DNA of 64,000 bases, taken from the IMG/VR virus record IMGVR_UViG_3300008259_000057, positions 4,572 to 68,571 of that record. One strand, written 5' to 3'. The notes beneath the pieces were generated by a model, which was not told the origin of the DNA, searched no databases, and saw nothing but the letters and a program-made list of their open reading frames with translations. Origin of the DNA: a virus. Numbering within the stretch: position 1 is the stretch's first letter; each line of letters opens with the position of its first letter. A program made the position numbers and the translations under genes. Below are positions 9,756 through 18,004 of the stretch, piece after piece.

Positions 9756-10028
9756 TTAGAAGCAAATGCGCCTGCTTCGATAGCGGAGATTGTCGTCTAG
9801 GTATGCGGCATCGCCATCTTCAAAGCCAATGTCGTATAGCAACTGATCGTCGGAGTAGGTGAATGGGTTGTAATACTCCCTGCCATCGTATCCATCGTCG
9901 AAGCCGCGAATGTAAGCGGGATGTTTGTAATAGACGGAGTGGCGGAGTTCTGTTTTGCAATGTGTTTTTGCGTGGATAGGCGCGAAGGTGAATAGCAACG
10001 CTCCTGCGAGTGTAGCGATGCGTTTCAT
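9756..10028 (-). CDS. secreted/membrane-anchored hypothetical protein
   Basis: signal-peptide-like N-terminus; Y..GF.DG repeats. Confidence 0.55.
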   Translation of the reverse strand: MKRIATLAGALLFTFAPIHAKTHCKTELRHSVYYKHPAYIRGFDDGYDGREYYNPFTYSDDQLLYDIGFEDGDAAYLDDNLRYRSRRICF

Positions 10029-10339
10029 TTCGTCCTCCCTTCTGCTTTAGCGATTGCGGCTTTGCATTGATCGATCAACAGGCTGTTTTGATCTCCGAAT
10101 GCGTCAACGATGGCTTGCAGCGCTTGAAACATATCTGGAGCGGATGAGATTAGATGGGCATTTGATTTTCCCGCTGGAGTTCTCCAGTTGAAGAAGCAAA
10201 TGTCTTGAGGCTTGTCCGCATATCTTGTTCTTTGGGTGCTGTAGACTGCCCAAATGTCGTAATCGTGAGGCGTCTTGTCCGCCATCGTGTGGATTCTCTC
10301 GACATACCAATTCCCGCCTGTGTGTTGTGTTGTTGTCAT
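10025..10339 (-). CDS. early protein, HT.G.W...NA.LI.AAP family
   Basis: QHTGGNW...NAHLISSAPDM...AIAKAEG. Confidence 0.65.
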   Translation of the reverse strand: MTTTQHTGGNWYVERIHTMADKTPHDYDIWAVYSTQRTRYADKPQDICFFNWRTPAGKSNAHLISSAPDMFQALQAIVDAFGDQNSLLIDQCKAAIAKAEGRTK

Positions 10340-10354
10340 GGTTTTGTTGTGTAT

Positions 10355-10567
10355 TTATTCGTTAGTCAATTGTAGCAATAGCAGATCGCACATTTGATCG
10401 TGCGCTCGGCTCCAATCCATATCGTTCTCGATCCATTCTGATTCCGCCTCCCAAGATTCGTCATCTTCTTTTCCAAATAGTTCAGCTTTCCAATATGCGA
10501 AGACGATGCTTTTTGTGCCGGATTTTTGCTCTTGTTGAAGCATTTCGATTGCTTTTTCGATTTTCAT
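10355..10567 (-). CDS. early hypothetical protein
   Basis: 70-aa ORF with A/C-rich leader. Confidence 0.55.
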   Translation of the reverse strand: MKIEKAIEMLQQEQKSGTKSIVFAYWKAELFGKEDDESWEAESEWIENDMDWSRAHDQMCDLLLLQLTNE

Positions 10568-10585
10568 ATGTGTTTTGTTGTGTGT

Positions 10586-10735
10586 TTATTGTTTAACGAT
10601 TTGTTGGAGTGTTTTCTGCATCTCTTTTTCGAGGTAGTCTGCATCATCTTCTCCGTTGTATTCACGGATTATGTCGATTGCTTGTGAGAGCAAGGCTACG
10701 AGTTCGGCGATTGTGTTTTTATCTTGTGGTTTCAT
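10586..10735 (-). CDS. early hypothetical protein
   Basis: MKPQDKNTIAEL... after ACACAACAAAACCAAAACC leader. Confidence 0.5.
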   Translation of the reverse strand: MKPQDKNTIAELVALLSQAIDIIREYNGEDDADYLEKEMQKTLQQIVKQ

Positions 10736-10779
10736 GGTTTTGGTTTTGTTGTGTGTTGTTGGTTTATTGTTTAACAGGA

Positions 10780-11004
10780 TTACTTCCAAGCGGGGCCAAG
10801 CGATTCGCAATGCCGGAACATTGGCGTGTTGCGTGGAATGTTGCGGATTTGTCCATCTTTTCTGATCCATTCGGCGTCGAAGATTGAGCCGTCAGCGAGG
10901 AACCAAGCCGAGCATTTTCCTGTGAATCGACCAGTTATCTTGTGCAGAACGAATGAGTTGCGTTCAAAGACGCCTCCAGAGAATGTTTGTTTTTGGATTT
11001 TCAT
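10780..11004 (-). CDS. early hypothetical protein
   Basis: 74-aa ORF with A/C-rich leader. Confidence 0.55.
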   Translation of the reverse strand: MKIQKQTFSGGVFERNSFVLHKITGRFTGKCSAWFLADGSIFDAEWIRKDGQIRNIPRNTPMFRHCESLGPAWK

Positions 11005-11011
11005 GTGTGTT

Positions 11012-11245
11012 TTATTCGCAGATCAATCTTTTGAGTTCTTCAATTTCTGTATCATATAAGCGAGTCTTGGAAACATCTCCAAGATAGGATGATTGAATAA
11101 TTGTTAAGTCTCCATCGCTGTCCTTAATTATTGCCGTTGTATCTCCATCGCATTCGCAAATTGAGATTGCGTTTGTCCCTGTATGTATTATGGTATCAAG
11201 GATTTCCAACGCTAGTTTTGTGTTATTTTGTTTTGTGGTTTTCAT
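11012..11245 (-). CDS. early hypothetical protein
   Basis: MKTTKQNN... with A/C-rich leader. Confidence 0.55.
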   Translation of the reverse strand: MKTTKQNNTKLALEILDTIIHTGTNAISICECDGDTTAIIKDSDGDLTIIQSSYLGDVSKTRLYDTEIEELKRLICE

Positions 11246-11338
11246 GTGTGTTTTATGGTTTAACAATAGGTTGTTTTGTGTTTCGGAGCTTTTCACTCCA
11301 TGCCGCCCTCCCGTAGAAGAGCGGTTGTGGAATGCATA

Positions 11339-11353
11339 GCAGGAAGTGTGCCA
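11339..11353 (-). promoter_or_regulatory. sigma54 (-24/-12) promoter
   Basis: TGGCACACTTCCTGC, GG-N10-GC. Confidence 0.6.
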
Positions 11354-11354
11354 G

Positions 11355-11675
11355 CTACAGGTTAGAGATTGCTTTCTCTAAATCTCGGATTAGTGAGGCG
11401 CGGATTTGCGCGGAGTGTTTTTCAGCGTCTTGAATCATGCGGTCTGCTTTGTCTTTCGCCTGTTTCAAGAGGAATTCCGCTTGTGTTTTCGCGTTTGCGA
11501 GGTGCTGGTCTTGAATGCGGCGTGATTCCGTCCAAGTAACCTGCGGGAAGAAATCCGAGCGGATATCCTGCTCGATTTGCGGGAGTTGATCCAATAGCCA
11601 CGGGCCGCAGTAGGAGTTCGCGCCTAGTTTTTCGGCGGTTTTTCGGAGTGTTTCAAGTTCGTCTTGTTTGTTCAT
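11355..11675 (-). CDS. early hypothetical protein
   Basis: 106-aa ORF. Confidence 0.6.
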   Translation of the reverse strand: MNKQDELETLRKTAEKLGANSYCGPWLLDQLPQIEQDIRSDFFPQVTWTESRRIQDQHLANAKTQAEFLLKQAKDKADRMIQDAEKHSAQIRASLIRDLEKAISNL

Positions 11676-12310
11676 GGTATTATTTCTGTTTTTTAGTGTG
11701 TTATTTGTTGTTTAAAAATGGGATAAATGATTTCAAGCAATGGTATTTCCATTCCCATGTTCCATCCTCGTATGTCACCAAATATTTGGTGCTGAAACCA
11801 TAGTGAATCTCTTCAACGCTTTTGATTTTCATTATTTCTGTTTTTTAGTGTGTTGTTGTTTTAGTTTGTCGATTTTCTCCTCGATTTCGCGTCCTTCGCG
11901 GATTAGTTTTCTGGCCTTTTCCAAGGTGAGATTGTGATATTCTGCAAAGAATTCGGTAGACAGGAATTCTTCAAACCAGATTCGGTAGGCGGTATGTGCG
12001 GTCATATTTTTCGGTGTGTTTTATTGTGTGAGGATGTTGATGATTTGCACGGCTAGGATTGTCAGAATCACGATTAGGGCGCAGGATCGGTGGAAGAAGG
12101 TTTCCCGTTCGCGTGTGTGTTTTCGGAGTGTTTTCATTTCTTCCCCTTATTAAATTGCCAAGCATATCCGCTAGCGTTTGCTTTTCTAATTAGCAGGAAA
12201 GCATTTTCTCGCGTGATGTTTAAATATGTGACCGATCCGCCGATTTGGTGAATGGTGAGGCTGTAGTTTTTCATGTGTTTTTTGTGTTGTGTTGTGTTGT
12301 CTGTTGGGAA

Positions 12311-12991
12311 TTAAGATTGAATCACAAAGCCGCTTGTGTCTTTTTTGGCTTTTCCTTTGGCTTTAAGCGCGACGACAACCCCCTTCGGATCGAGAAAGCG
12401 GAGGTCGCTTTGATCTCCATCGAATGTGGGGCGGTTTGCATAGGATTCTGGAATGCTTGAAAAAACCGCCGCGACATTTCCCCCACGCGCTAGAACCGCC
12501 TCGCATTCGCTTTGATTATTTTCTTTGCGTGAGAATGTGAGCGAATAATTCGCGGGAAGCTTTCCGTCCAAGAATTCCTGCATTCGGGAAAAGTTCGGAG
12601 TATAGTCATAAAAGGGAACCTCCGCGAATTCTTCCATGATTCCGAACTTGTGAAAAGGGAGATCACTAGTGCCATTCAAGCGGACACATGGGAGCATTCC
12701 AGCTTTCTTTGCTTTCTTTACTAGTGCGGCAATATCGGCGCGAAGGTCGCGAAGGAATGCTTCGCGGTCGCGCAGGAAATAGTGCGATTTTTTAAGGCGG
12801 GCATTTTTCACGGAATCAAATGCGCCGCGACCAGCGGAGAATAAGCAAGCCGCTTTGCAACCGACGGAGGCATGAGGGCAAAAATTGCGACCAGATAAAT
12901 CAGCAGGGGCAAGATAGAGGATTCCGGTCAAATATCCTTTGGCTTGGCCTTTTTTAGTTTTGGCGTTCGTGTCGATAGATAGAAGGTTCAT
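12311..12991 (-). CDS. gp88-like protein (Cys-cluster, radical-SAM-like)
   Basis: CPHASVGCKAAC, VRLNGTSD, FYDYT, Y.LTFS, GD.SDLRFLD. Confidence 0.75.
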   Translation of the reverse strand: MNLLSIDTNAKTKKGQAKGYLTGILYLAPADLSGRNFCPHASVGCKAACLFSAGRGAFDSVKNARLKKSHYFLRDREAFLRDLRADIAALVKKAKKAGMLPCVRLNGTSDLPFHKFGIMEEFAEVPFYDYTPNFSRMQEFLDGKLPANYSLTFSRKENNQSECEAVLARGGNVAAVFSSIPESYANRPTFDGDQSDLRFLDPKGVVVALKAKGKAKKDTSGFVIQS

Positions 12992-13038
12992 TTTAGTTTT
13001 AGGTTTTTCGCGGCTTTATTACCGCACCTTCAGACATA

Positions 13039-13053
13039 GCAAGACCTGTGCCA
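13039..13053 (-). promoter_or_regulatory. sigma54 promoter, consensus match
   Basis: TGGCACAGGTCTTGC, 48 bp upstream of the gp88-like start. Confidence 0.75.
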
Positions 13054-13093
13054 TGTTCGCGACACTAGGTAAAGACACGCGAAAAGATGCACA

Positions 13094-13108
13094 GCATTTT
13101 CTATGCCA
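13094..13108 (-). promoter_or_regulatory. sigma54-like promoter
   Basis: TGGCATAGAAAATGC. Confidence 0.45.
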
Positions 13109-13208
13109 TGGCATTTCTTGCCTAGTAAACGGGAAGATTTTGCCGGAGATGGGCAGGATTTGCCGGATTGGTATTGTTGAACAGGAACGCGCCAAGAGGG
13201 AATGATGT

Positions 13209-13223
13209 TGGCATAGTAGATGC
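13209..13223 (+). promoter_or_regulatory. sigma54-like promoter
   Basis: TGGCATAGTAGATGC upstream of ORF 13283. Confidence 0.55.
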
Positions 13224-13282
13224 TATGCAGAGAGGCGAGGGAAGGCACGAAGCCAGCCCGCAAACCATAACACAAAAAACCA

Positions 13283-13564
13283 ATGACACTACAAGCCACA
13301 CAAGAACCAAAGCACACAAGCGGCCCTTGGGGAATCTCACTAAATAGCAAGACGGGCGCGAAAATTATCAGCTTTAAAGAGGGGGAGATTATCGCGAAGG
13401 TTAACAAGCTCACCGATTCACGAAAACTAGAATATGATGCCCGTTTAATTTCGGCTGCGCCCGTGATGCTCGAAGCATTGCAAGCCGTAGCTGATAGCAT
13501 GATCGGAAGCGATAGCTTTATAGCTCGACAAGTGAGAGTGGCAATAGTCAAAGCCACACAATAG
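13283..13564 (+). CDS. early protein, HT.GPW...ARLI.AAP family
   Basis: KHTSGPW...DARLISAAPVMLEAL. Confidence 0.7.
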   Translation: MTLQATQEPKHTSGPWGISLNSKTGAKIISFKEGEIIAKVNKLTDSRKLEYDARLISAAPVMLEALQAVADSMIGSDSFIARQVRVAIVKATQ

Positions 13565-13589
13565 GACAAGCCACAAGCTAACAAGACAA

Positions 13590-13620
13590 GCCCCGCTTTA
13601 ATCGGCGGGGTTTTTCTTTT
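13590..13620 (+). terminator. intrinsic terminator
   Basis: CCCCGCT-TTAATC-GGCGGGG followed by T-tract. Confidence 0.75.
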
Positions 13621-14162
13621 GCCGATTTTCAGGGGAACATATCTAGGTATTCGAATATGTGGATATGTGAGAAGTGGAAAGCAAGCGCACGGAAAAGCGC
13701 ACGGGTCGGCAAGCCAGATTTTCCCATGTGGCCGTCCGCCCTCTTTCCATCAAGTGGCCTACAGCCCACACGCTCGGCGATTCTTCCCGCATCATTCCCC
13801 TTGCCAATCCATCAAACGCAATCTAGCGGCATCCTAGCGCAAAGGTTTCCCACTATCTTCTAGTGCTGTTATGAGAAGTTATATTGCAAACCAATTACTT
13901 ATAAAAGGCGAAACGCATTTAATCCTCCGGCCTCCGCATGACATAGGCTAGTGATGCGGGAGGATAGACAAGCGGTGAGGCTATACACTAGCGGGAGGGA
14001 GGGAGGGAGGGACAGACAGCGGGACGGATGAGCGGCCAGACAGACAGACCCCCGCCACGGGTAGGGGGAGGGGAGGGGACGGCGCGTGTGCATGTCGCGT
14101 AAAAGAAGACCCTAGGAAAAATATAAAAAATAAAATTATATTATCTCGCCTTCTCAAGCACT

Positions 14163-14211
14163 TACCCCTAGCTGGAATCGAACCAGCAACCTAGAGATTA
14201 GAAATCTCTCG
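14163..14211 (-). pseudogene. 3' part of interrupted tRNA-Arg(TCT)
   Basis: AGAGA-TTTCTAA-TCTCT anticodon arm, GCTGG-TTCGATT-CCAGC T arm, TAGGGGT-A acceptor strand. Confidence 0.85.
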
Positions 14212-14276
14212 ACTAGGATTTGAACCTAGACAAGAAGCTTAGAAGGCTTCTGTGCTTTCCGTTACACTATCGAGAG
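14205..14276 (-). tRNA. tRNA-Arg(TCT), intact replacement copy (72 nt, CCA not encoded)
   Basis: CTCTCGA/TCGAGAG acceptor, GTGT/GCAC D stem with A20, GAAGC-CTTCTAA-GCTTC, CTAGG-TTCAAAT-CCTAG. Confidence 0.9.
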
Positions 14277-14628
14277 ATATAACTCCTGCATGAACCTCCA
14301 TGTGGCAATTAGCGCAAAGTAATACGCATTTATCCAGTTCCCTTGTGGCTCTTTCATCCCAAGTTGTTAATTTGATTTTACTGATCGAAAAATCCTTCTT
14401 GCTTGGGTCTAAGTGATGAAACTGTAATGCGCCTTGGTATTTAGAGTATCCACAGTAACAACATTTATTTCCCTTATATTCAATCGACTTGCGCTTGAAT
14501 AAACGCTGTCTTTCTATTGTCTGATCTTTGTGACATGGCTTACAATATGGCGAGTTTCCGACTCCATTTCTTCTATCGTAAAACTCTGTTAACCCTTTCT
14601 CGGTATTGCATCTGGGGCATTTCTTCAT
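14239..14628 (-). CDS. HNH (homing) endonuclease with N-terminal Zn finger
   Basis: KKCPRC..K...FY..CKPC; CCYCGY...LQFHHLDP..K...ELDKCVLLCANCHMEVH. Confidence 0.85.
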   Translation of the reverse strand: MKKCPRCNTEKGLTEFYDRRNGVGNSPYCKPCHKDQTIERQRLFKRKSIEYKGNKCCYCGYSKYQGALQFHHLDPSKKDFSISKIKLTTWDERATRELDKCVLLCANCHMEVHAGVISLDSVTESTEAF

Positions 14629-14635
14629 GTTCAGT

Positions 14636-14663
14636 ATTATGCACATTGTGGATAATATGTCAA
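14636..14663 (-). promoter_or_regulatory. sigma70-type promoter inside the cassette (leaderless HNH)
   Basis: TTGACA-16 nt-CATAAT, 7 nt before ATG 14628. Confidence 0.65.
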
Positions 14664-14674
14664 ACTTAATCCGC

Positions 14675-14703
14675 CTCGCTCTGTCCTGTTGAGCTATAGG
14701 GGC
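14675..14703 (-). pseudogene. 5' part of interrupted tRNA-Arg(TCT)
   Basis: GCCCCTA-TA-GCTC-AACAGGACA-GAGC-GAG; GCCCCTA pairs with TAGGGGT at 14164-14170. Confidence 0.85.
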
Positions 14704-14906
14704 GTCTTTTGCGTTTATTTGCCCGTTAAACGAGTTTTCCTGCCTTACTGCGGCAATGTAGCGTTTCTCTGCTTATCTTCGCTTATACGGGCTTATACGC
14801 TAATCTAGCGGCATCTCTTGAGGAATTGATAGTAGTCCTGCTGGGTTTACCGTAAAAAGGGTAAATTGGTTTATGCTCCATCATCTCGGTTCTACTCCTC
14901 CTTTAG

Positions 14907-15113
14907 GTGTGCGACAAACATCCGTTTTTAATATCTCTGACTAGGTATGACCTCTCAAATCCCTTATATGTGTGCGACATGTTTTTGATGTTTATACCTA
15001 CTACCTCCCTACCGCCCCCCATACTGGGATATGTGTGCGCTAAAATCACTTTTTTTGTCATCTCTATGGGCAGGAGAATCTAAATCCCTATAATGTGTGC
15101 GCTGCTTTTTTGG
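14907..15113. repeat. phased GTGTGCG array (period 63/63/62 bp)
   Basis: GTGTGCG at 14907, 14970, 15033, 15095, each followed by a T-tract. Confidence 0.7.
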
Positions 15114-15120
15114 CAATTCG

Positions 15121-15450
15121 CTATTTGGATTTCTTGACCTTCTTGGCGATGTCGGACCTTGTGACGATATACGACATGTCGATCCCGCTCTTTTTCATAA
15201 ACTCTAGGATGATCTGGATGTCTACCTGCATGATTTCGTTTTCCTCGACTAGGGCATCTACCGCTTCTTCCATATCGTCTAGCTCTGCCTCTAGGTCTTC
15301 CTTCTCTTTAGCGTTTTGCTCGATTATCCCGACTAGGAACTTGCAGGCTTTGTTTACGGTATCGCAGGTTTTCTGCAAATTGAAGTTGGGCTTATCCAGA
15401 CTAGCTAGTGCTTTGTCTAGGTCTATTAGGATTTTGTCTGCTTGTGTCAT
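15121..15450 (-). CDS. hypothetical coiled-coil protein
   Basis: 109-aa ORF at the end of the operon. Confidence 0.6.
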   Translation of the reverse strand: MTQADKILIDLDKALASLDKPNFNLQKTCDTVNKACKFLVGIIEQNAKEKEDLEAELDDMEEAVDALVEENEIMQVDIQIILEFMKKSGIDMSYIVTRSDIAKKVKKSK

Positions 15451-15965
15451 TTCTTAATTCCCCAGAAATACAAATCGCATGGGTTGTTATTTGTTTTGAA
15501 CTCAAACTCGGAGAACATTTTTTCTATCGGGAGATTTTTCATAGCCAAACCTTCGTTTAGATTCATGTAGTAGTCGTTTGTAAACGGAGATGAAAAGCTA
15601 TCCGTTCTGCTTGTGCCGTGTTCAGGTCTTCCGTCGGCAGCACAAGTAAATAAGTAAAGACCTCCGCTCTTTAGGTGAATCCAAGAATTGAAGATTGTCG
15701 CTACCCAGAATTTATCATGCTCAAAACATTCTGTTGAAATCACAACATCAAACTCCTTTTCGCTTCTAAAGAAATTACCCGGACACACAATATCAACATT
15801 GCGTCCCTCCCCAATATCAATTCCTAAATAATCGCAATTGTCGAACAAGTATCTGTTGTTTCCATTAATGTCCATCGAGCCTATATCCAGAACACTACCT
15901 TCAAACAAATGCGGAAATCTATTTTTAACTGACTTGCAATATTCTTGTTGGGCGTGATGTGCCAT
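15447..15965 (-). CDS. class I SAM-dependent methyltransferase
   Basis: VLDIGS.DING, FDVVISTECFEHD, LKSGG. Confidence 0.85.
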   Translation of the reverse strand: MAHHAQQEYCKSVKNRFPHLFEGSVLDIGSMDINGNNRYLFDNCDYLGIDIGEGRNVDIVCPGNFFRSEKEFDVVISTECFEHDKFWVATIFNSWIHLKSGGLYLFTCAADGRPEHGTSRTDSFSSPFTNDYYMNLNEGLAMKNLPIEKMFSEFEFKTNNNPCDLYFWGIKK

Positions 15966-15967
15966 AT

Positions 15968-16723
15968 TTATGTGTAAAAATTAATATAATCTGGTTTTGA
16001 ATTTGCTATTTTAAGAAGCACCTCGTCACACATTGGATTAGATGCTCTCGCCAATCCTAATGGTTCTTCTCCAAATTCACAAATCAATCTTTCATATTTC
16101 GCTTTAATCATATTCGCCTCTTCAGAGTCAGACCCATAAAACCAAGGCTTTCTAGCCCAGTATTGTTTCATATTCGCAATTTCTGAATCGTGAATGATGT
16201 TCTGGCTCGCATTTAATCTAACCTCTTGACTTGGGGAAAAATTAGGAACCTCCCAAAACATATACTTTGAATACCCGGTCAGGGAATCTGTTAGATACAA
16301 TTCCGCATTAGATGATGTTGAATTGACGGCATTTATCCTGAATGCCGTGTCTTTATATTGACCAAGATTGTAATTCAAGAACTTGGACAACTCGTAAGTC
16401 ATCACAAAGTCTGCATCCCACTTGAACTTCCACTTCATGCTGCACCTAGACAAGCACCAGTTCAGATAGCTTGGAAGGCTGTGCGGCGAGCTGGAATCCG
16501 TGCATAGCATCTCATACCCGGCCCTAGACACGGGATAGTCATATTGTTCAACAATAATCAACCTGCCCTCTGATTGCAGCCGCCTTACTATCTCGGCAGA
16601 ACCATCAGTGCATTGGTGGAGTATAACAATTATCTCATGCGGGATTGTTAATAAATCCAAAGACCTAATACTCCTCTCAATCGTTGCCTCCTCATTGTGG
16701 ACCCTAACCAAGAACGAGATCAT
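15968..16723 (-). CDS. glycosyltransferase family 2
   Basis: ISFLVRVHNEE, CTDGS, KWDADF (DxD). Confidence 0.8.
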   Translation of the reverse strand: MISFLVRVHNEEATIERSIRSLDLLTIPHEIIVILHQCTDGSAEIVRRLQSEGRLIIVEQYDYPVSRAGYEMLCTDSSSPHSLPSYLNWCLSRCSMKWKFKWDADFVMTYELSKFLNYNLGQYKDTAFRINAVNSTSSNAELYLTDSLTGYSKYMFWEVPNFSPSQEVRLNASQNIIHDSEIANMKQYWARKPWFYGSDSEEANMIKAKYERLICEFGEEPLGLARASNPMCDEVLLKIANSKPDYINFYT

Positions 16724-17358
16724 AATTTAGCCCACTCCAAGATGTCATTTTTTATCACTTTATTAAATGATTCGCATCCAGATGTTGTTGACATACTTGT
16801 TTCGATTATTCGATTGGACCTCAACTTCATTACGCTAAGTCCCCGCATTTCACAGGTTCTTGCAATCCAGTTATCGCCAAACCATACCTTGATATTCTCT
16901 GGTATCTGAACCCAATTTGATTTCTTTACAAAGATCAAGCATCCCCAGCCTAGACCTATATCATTTCCGTCTTCAAGACAAATCTCGCTTGCTGCATTCC
17001 CGAAATTAAAGTGAGACATCCCTATTGCCCCGAAGTTATCCAATTTAGATACAAATGAAAACATGTCGTCTGGCTCAAAGAGTATATCGTCATTCGATAT
17101 TGCGACAAGCTCATTCCTTGCCTGATATACGCCAATATTCCACGATGGATTCACATATAGGTTCTCGTAGCTCTCGATAAGCGTCAACTTCTGTATGGTG
17201 TTTAAGTTTTCTGGCCTACTATCCTTATCGTTATCAATTACAATAACTTCATCAATAAATTCACACTTATCGTATAGATGCAAAAGATCAAGCGTGACTA
17301 TGGATTTCCACATAGTCGGAATAACAACGCTGAATTTGCGATACTCAGGACCGTTCAT
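16720..17358 (-). CDS. glycosyltransferase family 2
   Basis: FSVVIPTMW, VIVIDN, WNIG, ISNDDI. Confidence 0.8.
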   Translation of the reverse strand: MNGPEYRKFSVVIPTMWKSIVTLDLLHLYDKCEFIDEVIVIDNDKDSRPENLNTIQKLTLIESYENLYVNPSWNIGVYQARNELVAISNDDILFEPDDMFSFVSKLDNFGAIGMSHFNFGNAASEICLEDGNDIGLGWGCLIFVKKSNWVQIPENIKVWFGDNWIARTCEMRGLSVMKLRSNRIIETSMSTTSGCESFNKVIKNDILEWAKL

Positions 17359-17995
17359 TTATTCTTTTTATGAACTCAAATAGGTTCCCAATAAACTTCT
17401 TCATTCCCACATGTCCGCAAGTCATGTGAGGGTCCAGCCAAATATCAAATCCTGCCTTACGCAATTTATCGCAAAGAATAATATCTTCAGACCAAATCTC
17501 TCCATCAACAACCTTTACATCGAAAACCATCCTGTTTTCGCCTCTTTGGCACATATACGGCTCACTGGATTCCCATACAGCGTTAATCGCCTTCTTGCTT
17601 AATTTAAGAAACCCAGTTCCAATTCCCTCGCATTTGATGAGGCCGTTTTCGTGAATTGTTGTATCGCTGACCTTGGCTGCGTATAACTCGGCATTATCAG
17701 TCTTTTTTCTAGCTGTGCCGCCAACAACATCTTCTTCTCTGCGGATTAAACTAATAACCCATTCTGGATTCCACTCCATATCGGCGTCGATGAAGATCAT
17801 TGCGTCAACATCGCACTCAATCGCCATCTTTACTAGGTCATTTCTGCATCTCTGAATTAAAGCATCGTTGCCGATAAATACTGGGTAAATCCCGATCCCT
17901 CTCTGCTCTCCGAGTCTAACCGTCTCAACAACAGAAGAAACATATTCGATGTCCGCCTTGTTATACGCACATGGCGTTGCGATCATTATTTTCAT
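17345..17995 (-). CDS. GT-A fold glycosyltransferase-like protein
   Basis: IMIATP, RN.LV, FIDADM, GTGF, SED..LC, CGHVG. Confidence 0.75.
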   Translation of the reverse strand: MKIMIATPCAYNKADIEYVSSVVETVRLGEQRGIGIYPVFIGNDALIQRCRNDLVKMAIECDVDAMIFIDADMEWNPEWVISLIRREEDVVGGTARKKTDNAELYAAKVSDTTIHENGLIKCEGIGTGFLKLSKKAINAVWESSEPYMCQRGENRMVFDVKVVDGEIWSEDIILCDKLRKAGFDIWLDPHMTCGHVGMKKFIGNLFEFIKRINERS

Positions 17996-18004
17996 ATATT
18001 ATTG

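Larger units (their letters stand above)
14208..14674 (-). mobile_element. HNH plus replacement-tRNA cassette inserted in tRNA-Arg
   Basis: separates two halves of one tRNA; CGAG microhomology at both junctions. Confidence 0.75.

Noticed and set aside
14163-14211. attP site for integration at a host tRNA
   Set aside because: No integrase in the window, and the matching 5' half explains the fragment
14239-14245. Amber suppressor tRNA (CTA) and stop-codon recoding
   Set aside because: Both 7-nt loops (CTTCTAA, TTTCTAA) centre on TCT; genes read normally with TAG stops
14208-14674. Group I intron in the tRNA
   Set aside because: Insertion is at the base of the anticodon stem and is filled by promoter, ORF and tRNA, leaving no room for a ribozyme core
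13820-14815. AATCTAGCGGCATC repeated near 13820 and 14802
   Set aside because: Only two copies plus a partial coding match; too weak to interpret
14907-15113. CRISPR mini-array
   Set aside because: Conserved core is only 7 bp, spacers resemble each other, and no cas genes are present
16543-16555. Palindrome as a LexA box or parS
   Set aside because: TGTT-N-AACA spacing does not fit Verrucomicrobia LexA (TGTTC-N4-GAACA) or parS
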